DNA from: Hydrolagus colliei
Taxonomy: Eukaryota
Direction: 5' to 3'
Assembly (NCBI GenBank): GCA_035084275.1
Contig: CM068757.1
Span: forward strand, 3,410,001-3,474,000
DNA: 64,000 nucleotides
Made by a program: the position numbers and the translations under genes
In this document: positions 36,801 to 51,600 of the stretch, one piece after another
Numbering within the stretch: the first letter of the stretch is position 1
How the letters are laid out: every line of letters starts with the position of its first letter
The notes under the pieces: generated by a model
What the model saw: only the letters and a program-made list of their open reading frames with translations
The model's database searches: none
Told to the model about the DNA's origin: nothing

Positions 36801-39800
36801 CACGCCAAATAGAAAGAAATATCAGTTGAACTATGTGTGCAACCATTCTATCATTCCTATTTCATGACTGCTCCATTAACTGTACAAGAATCAGTATGAA
36901 AAGGCTCTATGTGAACAATTTCCTGTGTTAAACAAAATGTATGACAGACATAAAGTTGACGGTTAAATTACCTTTTCACTTCATCTCGAGTGCTTGAATG
37001 TTAATTTGATGACAGGGTGTTTACACTTGGTTCAGACAGGCAAGGAAGTGTTCAACTTTTTCTTCCATCCAGCCTGTTGCTATGTTTTTATTTATTTAAA
37101 ATGTGATAGAAGCGATTGACGCCCTTTTGATGGCGAATCGCATAGTGCATGTTTATGGTGTTAATTGTTTTTCGCCCAAAGCTCCCATTAAATGAGCTAT
37201 AAATGGAGCCACAAACCTAAGTGTAAAGAGTCCTACCATTCCCGCATGTGAGATATCTCATCGGCAAAGTTCCGATGACACCTTGGTCGTGAAACACACT
37301 AGCTATTTTTCTCCACTTTGGTCCATGAATTGTTTATGATCGAAATAACGAAGACATTTTGAGCAAAATGGTTTGGATGTTGGTGAAGTGAGCAAATGTC
37401 GGCAATAACAACAGCAAAATTACATTTGTACCGTGCCTTTCACATCAGGAGGACGTCACAAGAGAAATGCAGAGAGGAGCAGGAATAACAAGGAGACTCT
37501 CTCTGGTAGGAAAGCAGGAAAATGCAACAACCGAGTTGGTAAGTTGGTAAACAGTCAGCAACAGGAAGAATTTGAACCAAATTCAAAGGTTTCAGCAATG
37601 TCTCCAAGACATTGGAGATGTCTTGGAGACATCCGGGCTCAGATCTGTAGCCCGGTTATATATTGCATCACTGTGTCAACAAGGCATCATTTTCACGCCA
37701 AGTAAACAAAAAGCGGCACGTCCCTTGGACGCATTAAGGGATCAGACAGGAGGGCGTTAGGCAGGAACAATTATAACATCCGAACAGGTGGACTTAAGTA
37801 CGGTATGGTGTTGCATCCAAATATTAAAAGTATTTCCAGTGGCATCACATGCAACTGGTCAACAACAAGTCCGACTAGTAATAAACCCCTACCTTCTGGT
37901 TTAAGTGTTTGTAATGAATCCCAAAGCAATCCGATATTATCTAGAGGCAAGCAGTGGAAGCAATCCTGCCGTATTATGTGCCGGAACTCAACGACAAGAG
38001 TCAGTTTCTCTACGTCTTGACAGATACCAAGTAAATGTAATGACATCGTTCGCAAGTATTCATCCCAGCTTTGAAGGGTTAATGTAACTTTACTACACGC
38101 GATCATTTTTCAGGAAAGCACTTTGCAAACACTTTATCTACCTTGGGGCGTAGAGGTAGATACCCAAGGTTTTTTTTAAAAAAAATCCTGAATCCGAGAA
38201 ATATTTCATCCAATGTTTGCCAACCCTATCCCTAGTGTATGGTAAAGGCCTAGCTTTTTGAAGCTGACATTGATAAGCATGTTTTTCTTCTATTTAATAA
38301 AATCATTGCCACTGATCAAAAGAGACTGTAGTCTATTAGCGCATTGAATGCTGGCCAGTATTGCAAGCAAAAATCTCCTCCGATACACAAAACGTGCTTA
38401 CAGTCTCTCAGAGATACTGCGAAGCTCTCTTTTACAGAAAAATGTTTCAATTCACTTGTGGGGAGACAGCTTCTGAGACTTGATTTGGGGGGACATTGTG
38501 CTATATCAAATGGAAGGATTATTATTATTAAAAAGGTTTTGAGTGACTAACAGAACACACCTGCAGTTGAGACAATATATCAAACAATCCTAATCATAGA
38601 GATCATTAGTGTGTAGGTTTTAGAAAAGATACAACTTTAGTAATGGATGATGGGAGCTGTTACAGTTTATTTTACAGAGCTGGTGTAAATTTACTTGCCC
38701 AAATTCCAATTGCAGCTTGTTGGTATGAATGATCATTTATGAAGGCCTGATTCTAGAATTGCAATATATAATAGAGCTCGGCCTATCATTTTGAGTGAGT
38801 TCTGATTGTGAGCACAGGGTGTCTATTTTCTGTGCTTCTCTAAGCCATATGGGTTAGTGCCATTATTTAAAATGATTGGATACTGTGGTTTCCAACACAC
38901 TCTGTGCCAAACTCAAAACTTCCAGCTGTTTCACTGGAGAGCAATAACTTCCCACATCCAGGTATGTTTGGAGGCCCTCCCCCACCCAAACCAGTCACCA
39001 TTTCAGTTATACTCGAATGGAAAAATATATTATTGATTTATATTCCTTGGCTTAAAGCTCACCGTTTTATTAAAACTCGCAATTCCTAGTAGACGCGCCC
39101 CCAGACTAATTTTCATGCACAAAAGGGTTTTCAAAGTAGACTATTCTAGGAAGTGAAGCCACTGGAAGTTCTACAGTGCTGTCTACCTTAGTTTGAAGTT
39201 TGGTAGGCAAGAGCTGGTTTGGACTTGGCTGTGATTCTCTCACTGAAATGCAATAATACGTCCGACAGAATGGGGGCAAATAAAAACAGTCAACTACATT
39301 CAGCAGTGAACACGTGAAGAAAAAAAATCCAATCATCAGCAGTGGATAAGTATTTAAATTCCTTCAAATTTGATTCAGCTATGTGATAATTCGAACTATG
39401 AGTCAGACAAAATCTTTCACGCTATAGAATTGAACACCTTTGTCGCACCTAAAGCACATTTTGTACAGCTCCAAACACTGGCATCTTGGAGAAGATTTAC
39501 CACATAACATGGTAATGATTGAGAGAGTCTCGGTAATAGTTCAGCACCTAGATTTCTTTCTGTCCAAACGCCTTGCAAACGTATTGAAACCACGGACCAA
39601 AGCGTTGAACGTGATCCGAGACAGGGAATGTGTTTCATTAGTGCATCCAACGAGTACACCTCCTGAAATAGAGCATCGTGACACTTCCAAAATAACTTGC
39701 AAGGCAAATTCTATACCTTTTTGAAACGGTCATGTGAACGGATAAACCAATGTCTAAAAGTCAAGACTGCACTGGTCTGTTACATCATAACAATGTAACT

Positions 39801-42800
39801 GGTACTATTTTAGTACAGTCTCTTCGATTGACTAATGGGCTTCAGGTCTTGTGATGTGACACTAATAAAACATATGTGCCACTGAAACTCCATACAAGAG
39901 ACTAAAGTCTTGCCCTGAGACACAGCACAGATTTATAATTGTAACCCTTCACCGACTGACACTGGATCTGTGACCGCAGGGCTTAAAACGCTTACAAAAA
40001 TGATCAACAAACATCATATTGCTTACTTACTATACTTAGCTCAGTTGGGAAGCAAACTTTATTTTAACTTTATCTAATAGTTTTCAAAATATGCACTGAC
40101 TAATCCTGTAATCCCAGCCTCATCACCCCAGATACAAACTGTAGACTTTATTATGATTATTTATTATTATTATTATTATTATTAGACCTCAACCCTGCAG
40201 AGTTTATCATCCAAGCCTTGAAATAGCAGTTACCAGTTGGGCTGCTCAGTTAAAAAAAAAACGCAACTGTTTCTCTTGTCTCCAGCGTGCTTCATTGCGG
40301 TGAGTCCTCAATCCAGCTTGTCCATGACCTACCTAGCGGCTTATAGTACTGTACCGTAACAATTGCTGTTTCATCCAAATCAGGTGTAGTTCTTCAAGCT
40401 CCCTCCTCCCTTCTCAAGAATGTAACCCCAGTCAGAAACTGACCAGGCAGGCATCTTATATTAACATTTAAAATGCGATTGAATTTTAAATGTGAGTCAA
40501 TAATACTTCCAGATGCACTAAAACTGCAGAACAACAAGGCACAGGTTTAGAGTTGCAAAGGGCAATTTCAGGACACCAAGGCAGGTTTGCTATACAGGGA
40601 GGGTAATTTATGAGTGGAACAGGTTGCAAGGAAGGGTAGTTGAGGACACTGGATTCATTTTTTTTCAAATGCTCATACTCAGATGGGGAGATGGTAGGGT
40701 GGGTGTTTTGGAGTGATGAGATTAAATGGTCTGAAAGCTCTTCTTCATCTAAACCAATCTTGTTTGTAATCTTGCGACCAGCCAGAAACAACTTCCTACC
40801 TGAATCCTCTCCGAAACATCATCGGATTTCTGGGAAACATCCGTCTCCAAATGTGGCTGGACATCACACAGCTCCTACAGAAAGTGAACGGTAAAGAATT
40901 AATGAATACATTGAATTTCACATGGAATCTGACTAAGCCTGAAATTCCAGCCTTATAATGGAAGTTATAAGCGTCATCATTTTTTTTCCCGGAATTATAT
41001 GATTGAGCATATTAACAGTGTCCTGATTAAATACTGAACAGTGAACACAATAAACCAGCAGTGGTTATAACACCTACATAAAGTGTATCAAACTGGGTAA
41101 GAAACCAAGATCAAGATTCTCTAATCAATTTGCACTCACGGTATATCCATCTGCCTCCTCCCTTTTGCGGTTTCAAATACTGACAGTAAGTCCTGACAGA
41201 AGGATTCCTGTATCAATGTGTTCTGATCCTATTGTGGAACAGACCAAGAAAAATGCTTGGAAAAGTGAAACTGGATGAACAGTAGGTTGTATGTTATCAC
41301 TGAACTCTGTAGTTATCCTCATCAAATTTAACCCAATCTTCATTCCGCCTTAGAAGAATTGATCAGATGCAGCTAAGGCATCTCTCAAAGTTAACACTAT
41401 CAACTGTAACTGAGATACTTTATACTGCTGTTTATATTCATTTACATTCTTAGTGCCTCGTATTTTACTGCGCCATTCTTTTATGGATTCTTTTTTCATA
41501 CAGATATTGCTGTCATCCTGTTCTTTCCCTGAGCTGAATAGTCTTGGGAGTGAAAGGAAATATGTACACAAAAGAGCCATGTTAAACAAGTGATTGCAAG
41601 GAGCAGACACGGAGGAAACAATAAACACATAGAGAGAGAGACTGGAAGGTTTGTTATACATGCTTCATTTAATACGATAGCAGCAATAACAAATCAATAC
41701 AACTTATGAGAAGTGCATTTAATATGTTTGTATTTCACTTGCTAAATAATACTCAAGCGTTCATACTGGTGAAACGTTTGATTTTTTGTGACATGAGAAT
41801 TCAAGACACGCTAGGGATCAGAAAAGGCTATTTGGTCAATAAATCTTATCCTCCAGCTGTTTCATCATCTTATCTTGAAACAGCTTCCAACATTTTATCG
41901 CTAGTATTGCAAGAGATTTTTTTAGATTTATTCAGGGCCTTTCACATTGGGAGGATTATTAACCTGTATCAATCTGTTATTCCAAATATCTGAATAACCC
42001 TGAACAATGATGATTTTCTTCATATCTGTGTTTGAATTATTTTTCAACCGACAATTTTACATTTAAAAAATGTTCTCAGTTATAGAAAGGAGGTCTGGAG
42101 AGAATAGACCTACTCCAGATCTCTCGCTGAGACTGGTAGTTCAACATCATACGGCCACATTCTAACACCTTTGTTCTCTGAAGGAGGATTTATCAAGTGT
42201 TCAGTGAATTTGGTCCGTAGTTCTTTCAGGACTGGTGTTATATTCAGTAGATTTCCACCGGCCACAGTGTAATCAATAAATAAACTTTTCATTGGATTGA
42301 GATACATCGATAACAGTGTAGAGAGCAAAAATATTGACTCAAAGTCAAAAGATACCCTACTGTTTGTGCAATCATTTAATATGAAGCTGCAGATTTTACC
42401 TCTGGATAGTCCCTCTAAATTGCAACAACATATTGATTTAGGAGGTTTTAAACTCTCGGGTGCTGCTTTCCTCTTAAGCTTGCTGGCAACTAACACAAAT
42501 AAGTATAAGCTGAGAAACTTCAGAGGAAGAGGCACAAAATCACATCTGAATTCCTGCGGTTCATGAACTGAATGCAGCAATATCCCCACATTGAGTCAAA
42601 CATTCGAAGTTCGGAAACAGCAGGCATTAAGAGTGATTTCAGAGTTCGGATGCCTGTCCTAAAACATGATTGTTTTTAAGGCTGTGATGTTATCCGCCTG
42701 CCCCAACAAGATTATTTTTGTTTAATAATCACTCCCAGTTATCCATCACTGAATGAAAGCATTCGACAATCTCAGACTTTTGACAAAGAAAAAATGAAAC

Positions 42801-45800
42801 ATTATTTGCTATTTTGTTTCTGATGAAATGGTGGGAGCAGGAATTGAAGAAACAAACCTAGAGAGAAGCGATCCTAATTCTCAGCAGCCACATGCCAATG
42901 TAGTACACCTGCTTTCATATCGATTGAAATATATTTATGCGGGTGACGAGTTGGAAGAGCAAAGTTTAATACAGTGCTGTTTTAGTTGTGGAGTCCGGTG
43001 GTCTTCTAAGCACATTTTATGCAACTTGGTTCAGAACATCATCCAGGAATGGAAATGAATATCGATTGAAATGAGACGGTGAGTAAATTCTTTGCAACGT
43101 TTGTAGTCTCACAATGGCAGCCAATTGGAACAATGCGAACTTGCCATGAGGATGCAGTCCCACCAATCTGCAGGCCTGTCGATTAAATAAAACTCCTAAT
43201 GTCAAACTTTCATTTCTAGAGAGAGAATGCATGACAATTGTGAGCGTCAAGCGAGCGGTACAGAGTTTAATACTGGCTTGCACTGGAGGCGAGCTGACAA
43301 ACATTAATACCGACAGACTTATTTGTTCATGCACGCAGCAGTGCATTGCCCTACATTGCCCTGCCTGAGCAAATCACTGCAATCGTTGTGTATATTTGAG
43401 AGAGAAATCTGGGTGCAATATTATTAGCAGATGAGACCTTGTGCGTTTACCTCTCACTCAACGCCATCAAAGAGAGGGCATTGCTCTCTTGTGTTTGTGC
43501 AGGTCTATACTGTACAGGTACAGAGTGCCAGTGGTAATGGCATTTTATCGTTTCGGTGTTTAGTTTTGATTTGAGGCTCCTGTTTACAACAAGCAGCATC
43601 TCAAAAACTCCTCAGAGCAAATACAACATCGGGAAATACTTGCATTTATATAGTGCATTTCGCACGGTATGGAGTGCTTTGCAGTGATGGGGTTTGACCC
43701 ACGTAAGGGAGAAAGCAGAGGGGGAGGGCAAGTAATCACAGCACAAAGTGGTGAATTTGACGGTGTAATTTAAAGACAGATTGAAAGGGGACAAGAGAGG
43801 AATTCATGATCGGAAATGATTAGCGCTGAAAGATCGATAGAAACACTCAAAAGGAAAACTGGACAATTATCTGAGTGATAAAACCATTGAGGGAGATGGT
43901 GACAGAGACTGAAACATAGGGTTAATAATAAGTATCTCATTTGTAGGGGAGATTTCTGCTCACTGTCCACTGGGCATGTGATAATAATAATAATCCTTGC
44001 ATTTGATATAGTGCTTTTCACGCCTTCTAGACGTCTCAAAGTGCTTCAAGAATATACCGTAAAGTGAATTGACTGTATATTTTTGGGCGAAACGCGGCAA
44101 CCAATCATAATAATCCTTGCATTTGATTTAGCACCTTATCGTGTCTTCCCGGTGTCTCAAAGGGCTTCACGGAAAATGTTGCAAAGTGAGGTGGACCGTA
44201 TACTTTGGAGGGCGAAATGAAAAACAAAACATAACCTCACTTAGGGAATTCACTTACAGGGAAAGTGGATTCATTCATTTCCTGAAGACCAGCAAGATTG
44301 TTTGAGTAGGAACTTGGCCTGACAACCGGATCACACTTTTACATAATGCGATAATACCGTGAGTGGCTTTAAATTGACTTAGTACAGGATCATACATAGG
44401 TTAGAGTGGTGAAAGGCACTGGCTGTTTTTTTTTACATTGCCTGCCTGCCGTGGCTTGATTTCAGGTTTTAATTGCCAGTCTCCTGGAACATCTATTATG
44501 CCCGTTGAACCTATTCGAGAGTCAGGTTACATTCACCTGCTGGAATCATCTCTTTCAGAGTTACTCAGAGCAAGGTTGAAAGGGAAAATGTAGTTGGTGT
44601 TGAATGCTTGGGATGCAATGATTACAAGGAACTTTTCTACTTGATTGCTTTGCCACGCTGTCAGCATTTGAAATGTCTTGAATATATTGTGAAGTGTACA
44701 TATTGTGGTGGACAAATTGGCTGCTGCGTTTGCGCACAACACTCACATTCAATTACTGTATTTTGGGATGTTGCTGTGCTATAAACAATGCATAAATTGA
44801 CTGTCGCATTCGCCTATAAATATGCGGTTACTCCACGGGATAGCAATTGCCTGTGAAGCACTTTTTGATATATTACCATTATATAACATGCAAAGATTTA
44901 TTACAAACAGAAATAGAGAGCAGCGCCTTGACACTGACCCTACACTTCGACACTATGTTCTTCTGAGGTTTTGCAAGTTAAATATTGGCACATGTTAATG
45001 TTGTCAAATAGCTGAAGGCTCTTGGTTAAGCTAATGTTTTCAGTAAGTCTAATCAGTGTAAACTGATCTGCCACTTAACCACTGCGGCAACATTATATGC
45101 AAAGATAGCAACGCTATATACAGTATAGCGGGTGAGTATTGATATCTGCATTTCTGTTTGTTCAACAAAATAAATCATTAAAACAGTGATCTACTCAGTG
45201 TGCTTATTCAGTCAGGATCTGATCCATGCAAGTGGAAAAGTTGATGCTGTGAGTGATATCAGCCAGGACAATATTATTGGTCCAAACATCTGGGCTTGAT
45301 ACTGGCAAAACACAGCCTGGCTTCTTGCTCCAGATCACAATTCACTGACCTCCAGTTGAGATGTGTTGGGGATTAGGAAAACAACAACAAAATTACACTT
45401 ATATAGCACCTTTCACGTGAGGAGGTTGTCCCAAGGCACTGGACAGTCACTTTCCAGACCCGAGCTGGGGAGATGGTGGGGGGGTGGGAGGGAAGGGGGG
45501 GGATTAGGAGTTGCCGATGGGTCCATTGAGGAGGAGAGACAGGATGAGCCGTTAGAACTTCTGCAGTTGAATCGTCAACTGAACTAAATTGTCACGTATT
45601 AAGAGAAGACAATGTGGCAAGTTACCAGATTCTCCGTGTCAGTTCCCACTGAAAAGGAATCAAAAGCCTTTAGGGGAGAAGTAAATATGAAGTAATGTAT
45701 TCCCTTGCTCGATTAACTTGGTTGAGTTGTCTTCAAAACCACCCTTTTATGGGGTGGCCAAACAGCAGAGGACCTCTCACACGCCCATCACCATAAATTA

Positions 45801-48800
45801 ACTCCCTGGGTTAGTCCTGGAGTCTGATCTGGACACCCCCTGTTAAAAGTTTGTTGATTATAACCACCCTTTGTTAAATAACCAACTACTGTACAAGCAG
45901 GTAATCTGAGTGTTGGGAGACAAAGGTTGTCAAAGTGTCACCTGTGATTCAATTAAACCATCATTAGGAAGACAGTAGCCTGGTGACCCGAATGCAATAC
46001 AGTAAAACAATTCCCAATGACTTGACAACAGGTATCCTGGGGGTATCATAATCTGCTATGATCCCGCTTCAAACAGCGGGAAGGGTATATACGAGGTTTC
46101 AGACATCAGAAACAGTCTTTAGTGGGGAGGTGAATGGCAACTAATCATTGCGAAATAAAGCTTAGAGCTAAGGAAGAATGATTTTTCTCAGGCAGGTTTT
46201 TGGTGTAAAATGCTGGTTTTTCGTAAAGGTGCTAATGCTAACTTCAGGATCGGTAGCTGCATCCATGAATCAGCAAACCCTGGATATATATATATGTATT
46301 TTGAAAAGAAGTCTTACCTATGTTGTGAATTGGAAGAGGTCAATAGCTGCGTGAGTTAAGGCATTGGGGGAGGAATGGAATGGAACCAGTGAAATGTGAA
46401 TTGAAAGGCAGGGTTCAGTGCTAGACGGTATGGGAGTCTGATCAGAGTAAGTTCAGCTATTTTACTAGCTACTGTTACCAAATGGCCTTCTTCCACACTT
46501 TTCTACATCAATTATAATTATTTTTGTGTTTGATGTACCTCCTCTAACATTGAACCATCCCAAAGCACAGGCAATAGCTGTCAATTTTAGTGACCCGGTC
46601 ATCAATCACAGCAGTCAATTTGCGCAAATGATTGTCCCACAAACACTTGGGAGGGGAATGATCTATTCAGCTGGAGGATTGTAGGCCAGGATACTGGGAG
46701 AAATTCCCTTCTGTTTTTAGTCCAATGGGATATATAACAGCCAACCAAACAGGTAGATGGGACCCTGTTTGTTATTGTCTAATCCAAAAATGGCATGTCC
46801 AATAATGAAGAAATCTCCCAGTTCTTCAGTGCAGTTTCATCTTAGACCACGAGTCCATAGCACTCATGTGGGGCATGAACCCACAAATTATGACCTAGAA
46901 GCGAGGGTGCCATGTACCGAGCAAGGCTATTGATGAACGTAGTTCTATTCCACATCATACCGCTCACTCATGTATGTATATACACACTGCAAACAGAATA
47001 AACTATTGATTTAAAACATAATCCACTAACATGGCATTTTATTTACAAGCAAAGGCTATGCCAGTTCTTGTACAAATGAAAAACATTTATTGCATTATAT
47101 AAGTCTGTAATAGAATTCACATGGATCATTGAAATAACAGTACTCAGTGTTGCTTAACTGATATTTTGTAAAATCACTGCTAGCTAACGCAATATTGTTG
47201 GATCTGTTAAAATTATAACCACCTTATGATGTGTATTATGGAAAAGGGTGATGGTCAGTTGCATTTACGCGTGACAGATATCTGGATAAATATTTAAAGC
47301 CCCATTGCTGAAGATTTACAGCCTGTAACTGAGATAACAGTTCTAAGGGTAGGAGTCCTGTAGCTCAGTGGTTAGAGTACTTGCCTTGCAAGCGAGAGAC
47401 CTTCAATTCCAGGCAGCTCGGGGCGAAATCTTGGGCAAGTTTCCTTACTCCACATACATGCCTGATAATAATCCCTCAAGAAATAAACAATAATAAATTG
47501 GTCATTTTAATCCAGAACTGATTGTGGGACACTGCTGTGCGCAATTGGCTGCCACATTTCACCCACAAATATACAGTCAAATCACTTTACAGTATATTCT
47601 GTGAAGTGATTTGAGACGTCTAAAAGACGTGAAAAGCGCTATATCAAATACAAGGATTATTATTGTTATGAAGAGTAATGAGTTCAACGCTTATCAACAT
47701 CTAGCTTTCCAGAGTTAATTCAACTCTCATGTTCAGGCCACCATACGTCAGTAGTCAAGAATACATGTCTTTTTAATGTGTAACACAATATATTTTTTTC
47801 ATCCCCGATATACATTACTAATAGGTCTATATTTGTCAACAAATTGGTACTGGCGGAAAGGGGAGAAGGCCGTCTGCAATTCAGTGAAACCCTGGAGAAG
47901 ATCAGACTTGTGGATGCAATACCGCGAGCGATTTGATTTCCCAACTGTTTCCTCACAAGGATGTAATCTCATCAACTCATCGGTACATTTCATGGATAGA
48001 ATTTGCGGATTAAAATCGTCACTGTACTCAGTAGGTTAGAAAAGTTAAATAACAGTTTTTTAAAATACGCCTGCTCACTGTCTTTCTCATAATTTTGTGA
48101 CAAGTCAAATAATGATACACAAACAGAGAGGAAATCTGCATCTGTACTCAAGCATTACATCTGCACCTTTTCATAGTTGGTATGTTGCCAAGTTAAAAAC
48201 ACATTTAGTTTTAGTGTTGTGCCAGGAGCTATAATTACATTAGAGGATCTGATGTCCAAAGACGGAATGTAGTAAGCCCTTGGGTTTGTGCTTCGGATAA
48301 GAAGCACATTGTAACGTGAATACTCTCACACCTTGTTGAGCATTTATTGTAGTCTTTAGTACAAAAGAGCCTACTCACTGACCCATCTCTTCATTAGATC
48401 GGCGAGTGACAACGTGTAGTTATATATCTTGCGTTAAATTTCAGACTCAACTTTTCTCCTATTTGTAAATTTTCAGAGCTTTGGTTACTTCGGGTGACTT
48501 CTCTGTACAAATTGATATTCTAACTAATAATGGTAGCAGAACATCTTACCAATTGTACATATCATGGTATTTATCGAGTGAGGATCAAACTAGCTGTTGT
48601 GGCTTTGGCTTCAATGTGTCTCATTGACGATAATAATAAAAATTCTTGCATTTGATATAGAGCCTTATTACGTCTCCGTCTCAAAGCGTTTCACACAATA
48701 CCCTTTAAAGTGAAATGACTATATTTTGTGGGCAAAACACAGTAGCCAATTGCGCACAGATTGTCCCACAAACAGTCGTGGGTGACCAATTTATTATTAT

Positions 48801-50091
48801 TATGAGCTAAAGAGGAAAGCAGGTTGTCAACAGTACCTTTGGATTACTCAAGACCCATCCTGCTCTGCTAAATGTATCTCCTTGGAATCAGCTTAAACCC
48901 CTGAGACACTCCAGTCACAGTGTTTCCCACGGTGATCTGAGTGAGTGGTCTGTAGAGAACAGCTGCCCTATTTCCAAAAATATTTGACCAATACATTTTA
49001 AAATGTATTCATTGGACTCTTAAATTTTCCTTGGAGCTTGGGACACATTTCCAGGGTGACTTGGTAGCTCCTAATCATTATGCCTTGGAAGAAGTGAATT
49101 TTGAATGTAAAAGTTTGTTCGGCTTACTCTCATACAATCAATGTCCAGTAAACATGTCCAGAAGATGCTCTTCCCGTCTGATCTCTGGCTCTGCCAAGCA
49201 TTTCGCCTGACATCGTAAAAGCAACTTTGAGAGGTCTGATTAAATGACAAGGAAGGGAATGAGAAATTGGATTTCAAATATATTTATAGCTAAAGCGCAT
49301 GCAGTAAACGCTCACAGATACCGCTTAATTGCAAATGGAGCAATGCAAATCAATCCCGTAATTTATTGCCAAGACGTGCAACAAAAATCTAATAGTCATA
49401 ACAGTTACCTGCCCAAATCACTCCCTTTGCTTATGATAATAAATGCTCACGAATATAAACTCACGGGCAATGTATCGTTAATAGTGAAACTTACAAAATG
49501 ATGATAAGAAGAGATGGTCAGCCACATTTCACAGGAAACAATCTCATTCTTTGATCCCTGCTTTCCAGAACACCAAACCTCAATTGGTATCTCTGAGTCA
49601 GAATTTCTCTGATTGGCAAACAATCCATCAGATAAAATAAATTATTCACTCCATGGCTGTGTCACTTCATGGATTAAATATTGTATCCCATCTTCTCATT
49701 ACAGCATTAATCATTTTAAAGATGTCCATTGACCCTGCCTCTACCAACCTACCTGATAACTTATTCCACCCATCCTGACTTTAATGTAAAGAGATGCTTT
49801 TAGATGACTTTCCTGACATACCTTGATTGCTTCAAAAATGTGGCCTCTTGTCCTGCTGTCTAGCATAGCTCAACGTTATACAGCTCTGGATTTACTTTGT
49901 CTATTAAGATGGACCCAAATTGAATCCAACGCTTGTAAATCCCAAACTTTCCTGAATTCTAGCATTTGTGCACCTAGAATAATTGGAAGCAATTTTGGGA
50001 CCCAGCACAGGTCAAATCCACAGCTGTTTTACATTCTGTTGTATTATTCATTTCGGTGACGATTCAGATTGAAAATGAAGGAGACTGCGTG
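27740..50091 (+). repeat. Copy B of the same duplication, contiguous with sequence on both sides
   Basis: Same sequence as 1..22351 apart from about 16 substitutions and one indel seen by eye, all within 45781..49429. Confidence 0.98.
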
Positions 50092-50486
50092 CATTTTAAA
50101 AACAATCACAGTGAGTGCTGAAAAATGAGCAGTTGTTAAAGAGACGCAGTTGTGCAAAAAGAATTGTGACGCCACTCTGAGAATGACACAGACACAGGTC
50201 AAATGGCACAGAATTTTTAAGCCATTCAAATTAAAACCACTGCTCTAACATTCATTTGTCTCACTATGTTCTGAAAAGATAACAGAATTTACAATGATGC
50301 TGCTGAAAAATACATATGCTGCTTTATGAACTCGTTTGCCAGGAAATGGTTGGGAAATATTGCAAGTAATATTATCCCAAATCATCATTCAATGTCAGCT
50401 ATTAGAGTTACTAAATAATTTACTCTGAACATAACCATTCTGAAGCAGGGTGACTGACAATACAGCTTTTCCAATAATAATTTCAC

Positions 50487-50687
50487 GTGCTGATTTTAAC
50501 TAGCTAAACTGGAACAGGGGGATTATGGCTATCGACAAAGGAATCATTCTGCTAAAGGCAGCTTGGTTAAATATAGCAACATGAAGATTGCATGTGCTCA
50601 TTTTAGCTAGATAATCAAACAGAAGGATTAGGTTCATTGATAAAAGGTTCATTCTGCTGAAGGCTGCTTTGGTTAAATATAGTAACA
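50487..50687 (+). repeat. Diverged two-copy tandem repeat with a period of about 107 bp
   Basis: gtgctgattttaactagcta...tcattctgctaaaggcagcttggttaaatatagcaaca versus gtgctcattttagctagata...tcattctgctgaaggctgctttggttaaatatagtaaca. Confidence 0.85.
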
Positions 50688-51085
50688 AATAATAGTAACT
50701 AGCTTTGACATTTCATTGTAAATAATTCAATGGCATGCAGAAATTCCTCCTGTGAACTCAAATCAGTAACAGACAGTGAACATTCTGCAGAAAGCTAGAC
50801 GTAGTTCAACAGACGCTGATAAGGTGTAAAAGGGCAGAGAAGAGATTGTTTAGGATAATGTATCTTTATACTGCAAAGCACAAATACGGTGTTCAATAAA
50901 GGAATACTCAAACAATATTTCAACCCAGTCCTACCATACATCTTCAGAGCTTTGCATTGAGGATAGGTGGAACTCCTACAGTGTACAATATTCTGCCAGC
51001 AATACTCTGCAAAGGTACACGCTCCCGTGTCAATAGATCATGGTATACATTTGGCCGTCAAGCCTACATAGTAGTGTTCTGAGGT

Positions 51086-51180
51086 CATATGAAAGGTCGA
51101 GGATGAGAAAAGGCCATTCAACCCAAATGAAGTTCATCCATTTGGCTGCAGCGGTACATTTCCTACCACAGGATATCTAA
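51086..51180 (-). mobile_element. Probable CR1 3' end, antisense
   Basis: gaaaaggccattcaaccca is the reverse complement of the CR1 (t)gggc/ttgaatggcct stem motif. Confidence 0.5.
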
Positions 51181-51336
51181 ACCCAGTCAGTATTTATTTT
51201 TCCAACTAATTTCAGGCATTGGTTGCGTCCACAAATTCGCTGGCCTTCAATTGAATTAACCATTGCGTGGAAGTGCCATTCGCTATTTGTTAAAACACAT
51301 TTGTACGTTTTAAATACCGCATCAAGCATTTAGCAC

Positions 51337-51418
51337 AGAGGCTCACGTAGAGTATAGACACTGGCTCAGACTAGTTGGGCCGAATGGCTTGTTCAGTTGT
51401 GGTACAGTATATGCGAAT
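51337..51418 (+). mobile_element. CR1 3' end remnant
   Basis: ggctcacgtagagtatagacactggctcagactagttgggccgaatggcttgtt shares the gggccgaatggc motif with 7176..7320. Confidence 0.7.
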
Positions 51419-51442
51419 TATTAATATTACATAATATTGATG

Positions 51443-51600
51443 AAAAACAACACAATAATAAAATTGGTCATTTCAATCCACGACTGTTTGTGGGACACTG
51501 CTGTGCACAATTGACTGCCGCATTTCGCCCACAAGCACTTTGAGACATCCAGAAGATGTGAAAAGCACTGTATTAAATGCAAGGATTCTTATTATTATTA
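51443..51600 (+). mobile_element. SINE 3' two-thirds with an internal deletion
   Basis: The Deu core gactgtttgtgggacactgctgtgcacaattgactgccgcatttcgcccacaa is joined directly to gcactttgagacatcc...aaatgcaaggattcttattatta. Confidence 0.9.
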
